A stretch of 64,000 bases of DNA from Bdellovibrionales bacterium (GCA_964230645.1 CAXRHT010000002.1:1600001-1664000); one strand, 5' to 3'. Numbered from the stretch's first letter, positions 39,596 to 49,243 are shown. Translations and numbers: made by a program. The notes: generated from the letters alone by a model not told the origin.

Positions 39596-39634
39596 TTCAC
39601 ATGATCCTTGTTTCTGAAATAAATTAACTTATCT

Positions 39635-39661
39635 CGACAAAACCTTGACAGAACTTTGACA
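39635..39661. promoter_or_regulatory. Three direct repeats with 11-bp period (Pho-box/OmpR-family-like)
   Basis: CGACA at 39635, TGACA at 39646 and TGACA at 39657; the minus strand reads TGTCA-N6-TGTCA-N6-TGTCG. Confidence 0.45.
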
Positions 39662-39689
39662 TAACACTTTTCCCTGTCCTAAAGTTGTT

Positions 39690-39729
39690 TGTGGATAACT
39701 AAGGGGATAACCCACATAAATGTGGGTAA
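39690..39729. promoter_or_regulatory. DnaA-box cluster
   Basis: Perfect TGTGGATAA (39690-39698), 1-mismatch TGTGGGTAA (39721-39729), and 2-mismatch AGGGGATAA and TAACCCACA between them. Confidence 0.55.
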
Positions 39730-39738
39730 AGGGGAGAA

Positions 39739-40536
39739 ATGCTAATTACCAATGAAATGCCCATTGAACTACTGGGCGAAGTCTCCATTTATTTTGGAAT
39801 TGGGATTCAGGTCTGTATGGCCCTTCTACTCGGAGGGATGGTTGGATACGACAGAGAAAAAAAACTTAAATCTGCCGGAATCAAAACAAATATTTTAATC
39901 TGTTTGGGAGCCACACTTTACACAAGTATTGGTTTATTAATCGCTGTCGGAGCGGCTGGAATGGCCGACCCTAATCGTGTGGCCGCACAAATTGTGAGTG
40001 GAATTGGTTTTCTTGGGGCCGGAGCGATCATTCAGTCTCAAGGAGCGGTGGTGGGCATGACAACAGCCGCAACAATTTGGGTTGTGGCCGCGATTGGTTT
40101 CACCATTGGGGCGGGCTATCCCTTTACCGCCGCCATCTTCACAGTCACAACTCTTGTGGTTTTAAAAATGATTACACCGATCTACAAATATTTAGAGGCT
40201 GAAAAAGATTTTGAATACTATCAGCTCGAAATCTTATCGAAAGGATCCATCAAGAAAACAGCTCGCGCCATTATGGAGGTTGAAGGCTTCACTGTGGACG
40301 AGCTTATAGAAGAGCCCTTCGTGGGAGGGAAAAAAGGAAGTAAAATTCTCAGTGCCTTTATGAGAGCTCATCCGCGCCATATGGAAAGATTGGTTTACGA
40401 CCTAAAACAGGCTTTAAAGGTACAAGACGTCGCTTACTACCCCGCTATCAAGGCCATCGACCAAGAGGAAAAAAAGGGGATCCAGGAAATGAAAAAAGAA
40501 AAATCGAGAGAAAAAGAATCCTCTAAAAAGTCATAG
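39739..40536 (+). CDS. MgtC/SapB-family membrane protein
   Basis: VGYDRE, SAGIKT, DPNRVAAQIVSGIGFLGAG and GMTTAATIW. Confidence 0.92.
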   Translation: MLITNEMPIELLGEVSIYFGIGIQVCMALLLGGMVGYDREKKLKSAGIKTNILICLGATLYTSIGLLIAVGAAGMADPNRVAAQIVSGIGFLGAGAIIQSQGAVVGMTTAATIWVVAAIGFTIGAGYPFTAAIFTVTTLVVLKMITPIYKYLEAEKDFEYYQLEILSKGSIKKTARAIMEVEGFTVDELIEEPFVGGKKGSKILSAFMRAHPRHMERLVYDLKQALKVQDVAYYPAIKAIDQEEKKGIQEMKKEKSREKESSKKS

Positions 40537-40539
40537 TTC

Positions 40540-42393
40540 TTAATTCAAGCCTTCAGGAAACTCCCTTTGAAGGCGAGCCTCCAACTCTTCCATTTTACCG
40601 ATCGAGTGCAAATAATTGAGAAAGACAGCCAATGTTCCATTGGTCCATCCAAAACCTGTCTCGTTTCCATAAATTTCGGAGTTTTCAGGAATAGTAATAC
40701 CGCCATCTTCAGCTCGGAACTTTTCGAAAAACTGACGATCATTTTTAAAGAAAGTACGAATGGCCATGAAACTATAGTCCATTGCCAATTCTTGAGCCTC
40801 TGGCAAGAGCCCATAAGTAAGTAAACTTTGAAAAGCCACTTCATTAAGATTCGCCCAACTCCAGGCACCATCCCATTGGCCAGGTCCTTCTTTATTGGTA
40901 GTGTGAATCGCTAAATGGTCCTCTGGTTTCAAACTCCGAAATAAAGACCTTAAAACAGAACGACTGGAACTATTGTCAGGATAGAGTTTTTTAAAAAATG
41001 GGAAAAAACCAGCCGCTGATATTGTTGGATCTAAAGTTTCAGTGTCATAGCGGTAATCCAGGTAAAGTCCCATCTCACGGTCTTTCAAAAACCGATCCAT
41101 ATTTCTTTTAATGGCTCTTGATTCCGATGCGTATTTCTGACTCTGAGGTTGATCTCCAACTTTGGCGAAGACCTCAGAAAGATAGCTTGTGTATCCCACC
41201 ATAAGAGAATTTAAATCCGCTGGAAAACAATTGGAGGGATTGCCGCCACAGCGAGTGTAAGAAAAGTCCCAACCAAATTCCGCGTAAACTCTTTGAGTGT
41301 GGGTTTCGTGGGCCCGTGGTTCACGAATACTGGCCTCTGGCCTTATCACTAAACGATCGGGATTCCCCTCCCCTCCGGCTCCATCGGAGAACTTAAACAA
41401 TCCGTGAGAGGCTTGATAACGAGGAGTGCCTTTCCAAATATTTTCATAGTAGTCTCTAGTAGCACGCACAATTCGAGCGGCAAGTTTCTGGCTGTTGCCT
41501 TGATTCATAGTTTGAGAGTTGAAACTTAAAAGCTGATTGTCTTCCATCAGACGAACCATCTCCATAAGGACTGGCATTTGAGTTCTGGTTAAATAATAAA
41601 AGCGATTTCCATTGGCTGGTAAACCGTAGACTTCGATCATGTGAACAAAGTTTTCAAGCATACCAAGAGCCGTCGTGTGGTAACCGCTCTCAATCAATCC
41701 TTTCATGATCCAATAGGAATCCCAAAAATAACTTTCAGTAAAGCGACCACCGGCAACGATGTATTTATTGGGAACCCATAAAATGGTGGTGCGAGAATCT
41801 CGCGGAGCCTTTCGAAGCAAAGTCTCCCAAGTTTGATGAAGGCTTTGTAAGGCCTCTGTGACAAAAGAGGTATTTCCAGATCTGCCGCTCAAAAATCCTT
41901 GGTTTCTTAAAGCTGTGTACAAAGGATGATCCTCTGGTCCCTCTTCTGGCTCAAATCTAACCGGCTCAACTTTCTCTCTTGAGAGATCGTAGTTCTGCAA
42001 CAAATAAGCTAGAAGATCCTCATGGGAGAGGTTCTCTGGCTCAACAGCACGAAGGTTTTCAGGATTTATGGGTTTTGTCGGACCGGTATCCTCATCATAG
42101 CGAGGTCTTGCATCCACCAGATCTTTGTAATCTTTTATTGTGCGACTGGAGTTTAAATTATTCATTAGGAATTTTCTAAAATCCTCAGACTTGATTGCCC
42201 ACTGAACATAGGGGTCGGCAAGGATCTCAGGGACTGGAATATTTCTTCTCGAGTAAGGTGTGTAATTCAGTCCTAGATCATGTGTGGGTTTAAAAGCCTG
42301 GCGGCATTGTAAACCATAACTGAAATCACACCATACCAGTAATGCGATAACGATGAGCCAGGGGGCTTTTTTCGGGAGTTTAGAAAATTGCAT
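40540..42393 (-). CDS. Secreted alpha,alpha-trehalase (GH37)
   Basis: GGRFTESYFWDSYW, NGNRFYYLTRTQMP, EFGWDFS, QWD, FEKF and GFGWTNG, with an N-terminal signal peptide. Confidence 0.9.
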   Translation of the reverse strand: MQFSKLPKKAPWLIVIALLVWCDFSYGLQCRQAFKPTHDLGLNYTPYSRRNIPVPEILADPYVQWAIKSEDFRKFLMNNLNSSRTIKDYKDLVDARPRYDEDTGPTKPINPENLRAVEPENLSHEDLLAYLLQNYDLSREKVEPVRFEPEEGPEDHPLYTALRNQGFLSGRSGNTSFVTEALQSLHQTWETLLRKAPRDSRTTILWVPNKYIVAGGRFTESYFWDSYWIMKGLIESGYHTTALGMLENFVHMIEVYGLPANGNRFYYLTRTQMPVLMEMVRLMEDNQLLSFNSQTMNQGNSQKLAARIVRATRDYYENIWKGTPRYQASHGLFKFSDGAGGEGNPDRLVIRPEASIREPRAHETHTQRVYAEFGWDFSYTRCGGNPSNCFPADLNSLMVGYTSYLSEVFAKVGDQPQSQKYASESRAIKRNMDRFLKDREMGLYLDYRYDTETLDPTISAAGFFPFFKKLYPDNSSSRSVLRSLFRSLKPEDHLAIHTTNKEGPGQWDGAWSWANLNEVAFQSLLTYGLLPEAQELAMDYSFMAIRTFFKNDRQFFEKFRAEDGGITIPENSEIYGNETGFGWTNGTLAVFLNYLHSIGKMEELEARLQREFPEGLN

Positions 42394-42678
42394 GGGGTCA
42401 TTATATGGGAAGATGGCGGATTAGTGGGAAAAAGCCCTTCTATCTCGTAATATTTACAAGGGTGTCTGAGACTTGCACGAATCACCCCAGGTATCTGTAA
42501 TCGCTAAGCTTTTGTGGATCCGCCTCTTTTATCAACTAAAATCATTGTGATCAAATATCCACATAATAGAGAAAGACGCTGAAAAACTCTGCAGTATAAT
42601 TGGTCTTTAACCTGAAATTGAGAGAGAGGGTTTCAGCACTCTCGGATCTCATAAAAAACTTCCTGAGGAGGAACACAG

Positions 42679-44022
42679 ATGAATTTTTTTAAACAAATCG
42701 CCCTAACAGTCATTGGCGGCGCATTTTTAATTTCCTGCGCTTCTGGTGAGAAGGCTCAACTAGATACGGCTGATACACAAACAGCACTTAGCAATATGAA
42801 AGAAATGAAGAGCCAGTTGGAAAAAGATCATGTCGACCTATTGGCTCATGATGAATACGAGGCTGGAGTGGCTGATCTTAAAGAAGCCATGGAAGATACC
42901 AAAGAGGGTGATGAAGACCAGGAAATCCTGGAGTCTTTGAAAATGGCCAAAGCCCACTTTATGAAGGCGAAAGAGAAAGCAAACTCTAATCGCTCCAATT
43001 TATCTGAAGGTGTATTAGAGGCCCGGTCACAGGCTCATTCTGCTGGGGCTCGCGCTAACGCAAAACTCAGAGACGAACTCAGTGAAATTGACCACGAGTT
43101 AATGGACGAAACGGATGATTTTACTGATGAGTTGTCGGTTAAGGAAATTTCCCAGTTTCAAAAAGAGTATTTGGCCCTTGAGGTGAACGCCGTACAAAAT
43201 CGCCAACTTTCTCGCTTTAAGAGCATCATTGATCGAGCTGAGAACAACGACGCTGATGATAAGGCTCCGAAAACTCTCAAGCAGGCTCAGACTGACGTTG
43301 CAGTGGCTGAAAATCAAATTGCCCAAAGTCCTCGAGATCCGAGCCAGTATAAGAAAAGTGTTTTGGAGGCTAACAAATCCGCAAAACTCCTCGACGATGT
43401 TATGAATAAACTCATGGGTGAAGCTAAAGGTTCGCCTGAGCAGGTGGCTTTAAAGCTCGTTTACCAAGAAAGAAAACTTGGGAAACTCAGTAAAACCGTT
43501 GGAAATTTACAAGGTAATCTTGCTGAGACAAAAACAGCCTTAGCAAAAACCACGGACAGTCTTGCTGACCAAATGTCTGAGACACTCAGTGCTAAATCAA
43601 AAGTCGCATTTCAGGAAGCCATGGACGCCGTTCGTAAAAACTTCGACAAAGAAGAAGCCGAAGTCTATCAGCAGGGTAATCAGTTGATTTTAAGGCTTAA
43701 AAATATGAATTTTAAGTCGGGATCAGCCTCTATTCCCACGGCTTCAATGGACCTTCTTTCAAAAGTTGAAGGGATCATCAAAGATATTGAACCCGAAAAA
43801 ATTCAAATCCAGGGTCATACAGATTCCACTGGAGGAGATGCTCTTAACCAACAGCTTTCTAAAAAGCGTGCCAAAGCGGTTGCTGAGTACTTCAGCTCCA
43901 AAGGGTCTGACTATGATATGACTCCAGTCGGTTACGGTGAGTCTCAACCCATCGCTAATAACGAAACGGCTAAGGGTCGTCAGAAAAACCGTCGCGTTGA
44001 TATCGTAATTGACGCAAAGTAG
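42679..44022 (+). CDS. OmpA-family peptidoglycan-binding lipoprotein with a long helical N-terminus
   Basis: Lipobox LISC; GHTDSTG, NQQLSKKRAKAV, GYGESQP and NRRVDI. Confidence 0.9.
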   Translation: MNFFKQIALTVIGGAFLISCASGEKAQLDTADTQTALSNMKEMKSQLEKDHVDLLAHDEYEAGVADLKEAMEDTKEGDEDQEILESLKMAKAHFMKAKEKANSNRSNLSEGVLEARSQAHSAGARANAKLRDELSEIDHELMDETDDFTDELSVKEISQFQKEYLALEVNAVQNRQLSRFKSIIDRAENNDADDKAPKTLKQAQTDVAVAENQIAQSPRDPSQYKKSVLEANKSAKLLDDVMNKLMGEAKGSPEQVALKLVYQERKLGKLSKTVGNLQGNLAETKTALAKTTDSLADQMSETLSAKSKVAFQEAMDAVRKNFDKEEAEVYQQGNQLILRLKNMNFKSGSASIPTASMDLLSKVEGIIKDIEPEKIQIQGHTDSTGGDALNQQLSKKRAKAVAEYFSSKGSDYDMTPVGYGESQPIANNETAKGRQKNRRVDIVIDAK

Positions 44023-44044
44023 TATTTTTTAAATAAACATTTTC

Positions 44045-44070
44045 ACTCTCTCCCGAATTTGGGAGAGAGT
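44045..44070 (+). terminator. Hairpin after the OmpA-family gene (terminator or RNA-stabilising stem)
   Basis: ACTCTCTCCC-gaattt-GGGAGAGAGT, a perfect 10-bp stem that overlaps the likely RBS of the next gene. Confidence 0.5.
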
Positions 44071-44077
44071 CTCTGTT

Positions 44078-44644
44078 ATGAAACCAATATTAAGCTTTCT
44101 TAGAAAATTATTTTATTTCCTCTCAGCCATTATCCTTTTCGGAGTTGGTGTCTTTCTTTTTTACTATCTCCCAAGCACAACTAAAGCCTATCTCGTTGGA
44201 ACTGAAATAAAACGAGAACTCATCCAAGGTCCTAAGGGTGATAGCTTTAAAGACGTGCGCTACATAGTGGCTCGCGATTTTAAAACCGGTAAAACCCTGA
44301 TGTTCAGAAATGAAGATGTTCCCTGGCCTCCCTACTTCAAGTTTAATTCCGGAGACCTCAGTGGTGACGTCATGAACATTCAGCAACACAGCCCTGATAA
44401 AGTGGTTAATATCACTTACTATGGTTTTCGTGTGCCTTTATTGAGTCTTTACCCGAATGCTACCAAATTTAAGATTGTGCCTAAAGACTATAAGCATGTA
44501 CCTTGGTTCAACATTATTTTTCTTTCCAGCCTTTTTCTTATTTTCTTTTTCTCTTTCTTTAAAGTGCGCAGAAGAGGCAAGCGCAAGAAAGAAAAGGCTC
44601 TTGAGGAAGAAAAAATCATGGCGGAACCAGCCCCTCAGGAATGA
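44078..44644 (+). CDS. DUF1523-family membrane protein
   Basis: YYLP, GTEIKR, DVRYI, FRNED-WPPYFKFNS, YYGFR, YPNA and PWFNI. Confidence 0.8.
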   Translation: MKPILSFLRKLFYFLSAIILFGVGVFLFYYLPSTTKAYLVGTEIKRELIQGPKGDSFKDVRYIVARDFKTGKTLMFRNEDVPWPPYFKFNSGDLSGDVMNIQQHSPDKVVNITYYGFRVPLLSLYPNATKFKIVPKDYKHVPWFNIIFLSSLFLIFFFSFFKVRRRGKRKKEKALEEEKIMAEPAPQE

Positions 44645-44703
44645 ATTCTTGATATGACATTTCAATTCCCCCATGTATCATATCCTCATTAAAGGAGGCT
44701 TCC

Positions 44704-46131
44704 ATGAGTAAAGAAGTCCGGATTGTAGAGCCCAACCAATTTGAACAAGATGATCACTTTTATTCCAAAGCACTCAATTCTCAACTGCATTCCATGGTCA
44801 GCTATTTCTTCAACCTCGACCATGAGAGGATTATTAAACGCTATATTCATCTGAATCCACAGGTGAGTGCCAAGGCCTTACGTAATATTCTGACTCACCA
44901 AACTAAACACTTTTTTTGGGGTGGCGCGGATCTTTTTTATGTGACAACTGAAGCTGGAAACCGTCGCATGGTGGTTCTGGAAACGAACTCATGTCCTTCC
45001 GGTCAAAAATCAATGCCTCAAAGGACAGAGTCTGATGACTTCAGAGGTTACAAATCTTTAATCGAACACTCCTTTTTACCAACACTTAAGAAAAAACGTC
45101 TGCCTAAAGGGGCACTGGCTGTTATTTACGACAAAAACTATATGGAGAACTCGGGTTACGCCGCCACCATTGCTGACCTCACTGGAGAGAAAGTTTACCT
45201 CATTCCTCATTTTAATGGTGAAGACTCTCACATCAAATTTAAAGACGGAGTGATGCAGGTGAAAACACCAAAAGGATGGCAACCCATCCGAGCCGCCTTC
45301 CGCTACGTCACCCAAAAACCCTGGAATCGCCTGCCGGTGGAATCAAAAACTTTTATCTATAATTCGACACTTGTATGCATTTCAGGAGGCCGAAACAAAC
45401 TTTTAGCGGATAAAGCCTACCAATTTTATAACTCCGACCTTGTGGGTACAGGGTTAAAGATTAACACCCCTGAGACTATTCGAGATGTCAGTAAAGTCGA
45501 GATTCCTCTATGGATTCAGAAATTTGGCGGTTACGCCGTTATTAAAAACCCTTATTCCAATGCTGGACAAGGGGTCTACACCATCACAAATGATCAAGAG
45601 TTACAGGATTTTCTCGATGAAGAGCATGACTATGATCAGTTTATTGTTCAAAGTTTAATTGGTCACTATAAGTGGAGCTCACTCAGCAATCACGGCAAGT
45701 TCTATCATATCGGGACCGTTCCTAATAAAAAGGGAAATATCTATATTTCTGATCTAAGGGTAATGGTCTACTCCTCGCCGGAAGGTTTTTTCCCTTGTGC
45801 GATTTACTCAAGACGTGCGGCTAAACCACTTCTCAAAGAATTTGAGGGAACCAGCTGGGATATGCTCGGAACTAATCTTTCTATAAAGACAGGGCCCAAC
45901 CAATGGGATACAGATACCAACCGTCTCTTATTAATGGACCGTAAAGACTTTAACACTTTAGGAATTGGTATCGACGATCTCATCCAAGCTTATATTCAAA
46001 CTGTGCTCTCCATTATCGCTATCGACAAGATGGCGGAAAAACTACTGAATAGTAAAGGACAGTTTCGAATGAAACTTTTAAAGTCGTTGAATAAAGACGA
46101 CAGTCTCCTGAATGAAATTATTGTGAGGTAA
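44704..46131 (+). CDS. Putative circularly permuted ATP-grasp ligase
   Basis: GADLF and LETNSCP lie near the N-terminus; VIKNPYSNAGQGVY, FIVQSLI, DLRVMV and TNLS come later. AAGGAGG RBS. Confidence 0.7.
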   Translation: MSKEVRIVEPNQFEQDDHFYSKALNSQLHSMVSYFFNLDHERIIKRYIHLNPQVSAKALRNILTHQTKHFFWGGADLFYVTTEAGNRRMVVLETNSCPSGQKSMPQRTESDDFRGYKSLIEHSFLPTLKKKRLPKGALAVIYDKNYMENSGYAATIADLTGEKVYLIPHFNGEDSHIKFKDGVMQVKTPKGWQPIRAAFRYVTQKPWNRLPVESKTFIYNSTLVCISGGRNKLLADKAYQFYNSDLVGTGLKINTPETIRDVSKVEIPLWIQKFGGYAVIKNPYSNAGQGVYTITNDQELQDFLDEEHDYDQFIVQSLIGHYKWSSLSNHGKFYHIGTVPNKKGNIYISDLRVMVYSSPEGFFPCAIYSRRAAKPLLKEFEGTSWDMLGTNLSIKTGPNQWDTDTNRLLLMDRKDFNTLGIGIDDLIQAYIQTVLSIIAIDKMAEKLLNSKGQFRMKLLKSLNKDDSLLNEIIVR

Positions 46132-46134
46132 GTT

Positions 46135-47124
46135 GTGATTATTGATAATCTTGAGCTTGATAGCATCAAAGAGAACACTAAAACCCATTTCAAAATAAAC
46201 AGTGTGAAAAATGCCTTAGGTGATTTTTGGCAAATTCCTTTAATGGTCGCAAAGGGAAAGGACGGTCCTGTTGTAGGAATCACCGCCGCTCTTCATGGGA
46301 ACGAGCTCAATGGGGTTTCTATCATTCACAAACTTTGGGAAAAAATTGATGCTAAAGAATTACGGGGGACGATCGTACTCTGCCCTGTTCTCAATGTGCC
46401 GGGCTTTATCAACGGAATGCGTGAGTTTACCGATGGCAACGATTTGAATCGCTTGATGCCCGGAAAGAAAAACGGCACCACAAGTGAAGTCTACGCATCC
46501 ATCATATTAGAAAAGATTGTAAAACATTTCGACTATCTCATTGATTTGCACACCGCGAGTTTTGGTAGAATTAACTCTCTTTATGTACGAGCCGATATGA
46601 CTCAAAAAATTGTGGCAAGAATGGCTGAGTTGCAAGAACCTCGTATCATCGTGAACAAAAAAGGCGGAGAGGGAACTCTCCGAGCCGAGGCCACTCGCCT
46701 TGGCATTCACGCCATTACAGTTGAAGTCGGTGATCCTCACTTATTTCAAAGAAAACATATTCGACCTTCTATTTTTGGTTTGAACAATGTGCTAGTGGAA
46801 CTTGGAATGATCGAAGAAGATCACGAGGAGATTGATCACAACGCCGTAGTTTGCAAAAACTCAACTTGGTTTTACGCCAAAAATGGCGGAATTCTTCGGG
46901 TTATCCCTGAGTTAACTGAGACGGTTAAAAAGGGCGAGAAAATCGCTACTATTTCTAATATTTTTGGTGAGGTGATTGAGGAGATTAAAAGTCCTGGCGA
47001 TGCCGTCGTGGTTGCAAAGTCGGTGAACCCCGTCTGTGAGGTGGGCTCGCGCGTGATCCATTTGGGTGAGGTTTGGAAGGATTACGAAGAATCACAAACC
47101 CAAATGGATCGCATCAAGCGATAA
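46135..47124 (+). CDS. Succinylglutamate desuccinylase/aspartoacylase-family (M14) metallohydrolase
   Basis: HGNE, DLNR, IDLH and ITVEVG, plus a C-terminal barrel-sandwich domain. Confidence 0.9.
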   Translation: MIIDNLELDSIKENTKTHFKINSVKNALGDFWQIPLMVAKGKDGPVVGITAALHGNELNGVSIIHKLWEKIDAKELRGTIVLCPVLNVPGFINGMREFTDGNDLNRLMPGKKNGTTSEVYASIILEKIVKHFDYLIDLHTASFGRINSLYVRADMTQKIVARMAELQEPRIIVNKKGGEGTLRAEATRLGIHAITVEVGDPHLFQRKHIRPSIFGLNNVLVELGMIEEDHEEIDHNAVVCKNSTWFYAKNGGILRVIPELTETVKKGEKIATISNIFGEVIEEIKSPGDAVVVAKSVNPVCEVGSRVIHLGEVWKDYEESQTQMDRIKR

Positions 47125-47220
47125 TTTTAATTAATTAGCTCGGATTTAATCAAATAATTTTCCTAATGAATTAAGAGCAAGTAAAACCCTTCCTGTATAG
47201 CAAAACCCGGGGAGGGAAAA

Positions 47221-47724
47221 ATGAAACAGACACTCGTTTTAATGACCATATTATTTTCATTCGCCAAGGGCGCCCACGCTCTTGATCTCAATGCCATCTA
47301 TGGAAATGGTATGACTTCTGAAATCACTGATTTCGAAATCAATCACTCCAATTATCGCTTGGCAAATTCAGGCTCTGTCATTTTAGATCTTGAAAACGAA
47401 ATCATTCGCTTAGTTCTTTTTGAAAAAGTAGACTGCCCTAAAGATATGGCCTGCATTGCCCTTGCACCAACAACTCATGTTATCGAGCTTCCTATTGTGA
47501 GATCCTATTCTGACTGGTGTGACTCCACCACTTTTGTGGCTGAAATTGACGGACGCCCTCACGATGGTCTTCTTGAAGTTTTAGAGGTCACTGACTTTTC
47601 AAAAATTAGTTGCCGAATAAAAATGCCTTTTATGGTGGAAACAGAGTACCGAACTCTCAACCCTTGGACCAATGAGTGGACTCAATCTAATTTTGGCGGA
47701 AAAGAATTCTACATCTATAAGTAG
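47221..47724 (+). CDS. Hypothetical secreted protein
   Basis: GGAGG RBS, signal peptide ending AHA, and four Cys (CPKDMAC, WC, SC). Confidence 0.7.
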   Translation: MKQTLVLMTILFSFAKGAHALDLNAIYGNGMTSEITDFEINHSNYRLANSGSVILDLENEIIRLVLFEKVDCPKDMACIALAPTTHVIELPIVRSYSDWCDSTTFVAEIDGRPHDGLLEVLEVTDFSKISCRIKMPFMVETEYRTLNPWTNEWTQSNFGGKEFYIYK

Positions 47725-47750
47725 TAGCAGATACCTATTTTGTTGCTCAT

Positions 47751-47780
47751 AAAGCCCACTACTCCTGAAGTGGGCTTTTT
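47751..47780. terminator. Bidirectional intrinsic terminator
   Basis: AAAGCCCACT-actcctga-AGTGGGCTTTTT between convergent genes. Confidence 0.75.
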
Positions 47781-48435
47781 ATTTTTCTAGGCTCTCACAC
47801 CACTGCACAACTGTTTTGATCATCTCTTCTGTGGGTTTGTGGCGAGCCTCTTTAAAACTTTTAAATCGACCCCGATTGTTTTCCGGAATATTTTTGAAAC
47901 TCTCAATGGCCCCTTGTACTTCCACAATATCATCGAGCTCACCATGAACGGCCTCAACAACCAAATTTTCAGAAAACTTCGGATCTTTAATTTTAAATCG
48001 ACATCCCATTCCAATAACATGCTGAACATTAGTGAGAACTTCGGCCATATGAACCGCACTGTAGCCCCCTTGAGAAAATCCAATGATTGTTTTGGGATGA
48101 TCGTGCAGGCCTAATTTTCTTAGTAGATTTTTGATATAGTCTTGGCAGATATCGTAGTCGACAAAGTACTCATCTTTAAAGTTGTCATAAAAAAACCAGG
48201 AATATCCCACTTTCCAGCTTTTATCCTCTCTTTGCGGGAGAGGAAAGGGGCCCGCCGGGGCTAAGACTATTGATTCCTCGGGAAGTCGATCGGCAAAACG
48301 CTCCCACATTTTTTGAGGGGTGGACATAAAGCCATGCAAAAGAATGTAAATGGGCTCTTTGGGAGAAGCGAACTCCTCTTTATTGATTAAATAATGGCCC
48401 TGAGTCAGGCTTTGAAATTGAACGACTTTTTCCAA
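47779..48435 (-). CDS. Alpha/beta hydrolase (phospholipase/carboxylesterase type)
   Basis: LLHGF, GFSQGG nucleophile elbow, HGELD and a C-terminal His. Confidence 0.85.
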   Translation of the reverse strand: MEKVVQFQSLTQGHYLINKEEFASPKEPIYILLHGFMSTPQKMWERFADRLPEESIVLAPAGPFPLPQREDKSWKVGYSWFFYDNFKDEYFVDYDICQDYIKNLLRKLGLHDHPKTIIGFSQGGYSAVHMAEVLTNVQHVIGMGCRFKIKDPKFSENLVVEAVHGELDDIVEVQGAIESFKNIPENNRGRFKSFKEARHKPTEEMIKTVVQWCESLEK

Positions 48436-48500
48436 AAGATCTCCTAAGGCATCGGCTCACTATAAAGCTTCGATGTTTTTTAACACAGTATACTCAAATG

Positions 48501-48529
48501 AAAAAAGGGCCAATTCAGGCCCTTTTTTT
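48501..48529 (-). terminator. Intrinsic terminator
   Basis: AAAAAAGGGCC-aattca-GGCCCTTTTTTT downstream of the ferritin-like gene. Confidence 0.75.
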
Positions 48530-48555
48530 ATTCTTATTTTAAAACCTAAATTTGA

Positions 48556-49011
48556 TTAGGCATTTTCAGGTTTTCTGATCATTTTACGAACTTCGTCCAC
48601 GTGCTCAACCTCTGTTCTCACACACTCTCGTGCCATCTCTTCAAGGGCGATATCCCCAAGTTCAGTCGCTAGATGAACGAGCTCTTTATAATGGACCACC
48701 GCTTGCTCTTCATGCTTCAAACTTTCATGAAGAAGTTGGAGAATACTATGGTCGTTGGATTCTTCAACGGAAGAGGGTGACAACGTGGGATGCCCACCAA
48801 GGGAAGTGATTTTTTCTCCAATTATAGTCGCATGGTCCATGGACTCTGTGGCATTGGCTCGAAACCATTTCTGTATTGGAATTCGATTGTAACCCATAAT
48901 CATAAAGGAGAAGTGCAGGTAGCGATTTACTCCAGACATTTCGATCTGATAGATCTTACCTAGTAATTCAAGAACCTGTTTATTTTGATAGGACTTTTCA
49001 TTTAAACTCAT
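48556..49011 (-). CDS. Bacterioferritin-like/ferritin-like protein
   Basis: EMSGVNRY, ESMDHA, HEEQAVVHY and EVEH four-helix-bundle ligand pattern. Confidence 0.85.
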   Translation of the reverse strand: MSLNEKSYQNKQVLELLGKIYQIEMSGVNRYLHFSFMIMGYNRIPIQKWFRANATESMDHATIIGEKITSLGGHPTLSPSSVEESNDHSILQLLHESLKHEEQAVVHYKELVHLATELGDIALEEMARECVRTEVEHVDEVRKMIRKPENA

Positions 49012-49243
49012 GGGTTACTCCTTTGTTTACGGGCCCTATTTTAGGGGGGCATAGATTTCAGTCAAGTGAAAACTAAATGATAATCGAGGTTTTTTCTCCC
49101 AGATTAGAAAAAATTGGGAGACTCGTTTTTGCTTAATGATGAGGTCATTTTAGCAAATGGTTTTCGTTTTCAGTTTCGTAGAGGAAAAGCCATCTTTCTC
49201 ATGTTAGAACCAATAAAAAAAGTCCCCTAAAAAGGAGTGCAAT

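Noticed and set aside
39690..39729. DnaA boxes as oriC
   Set aside because: The cluster is small, with no clear unwinding element and no origin-linked genes; kept only as a regulatory cluster.
49070..49090. Possible Fur box upstream of the ferritin-like gene
   Set aside because: Only a half site (AATGATAATC) is present; the second half does not match.
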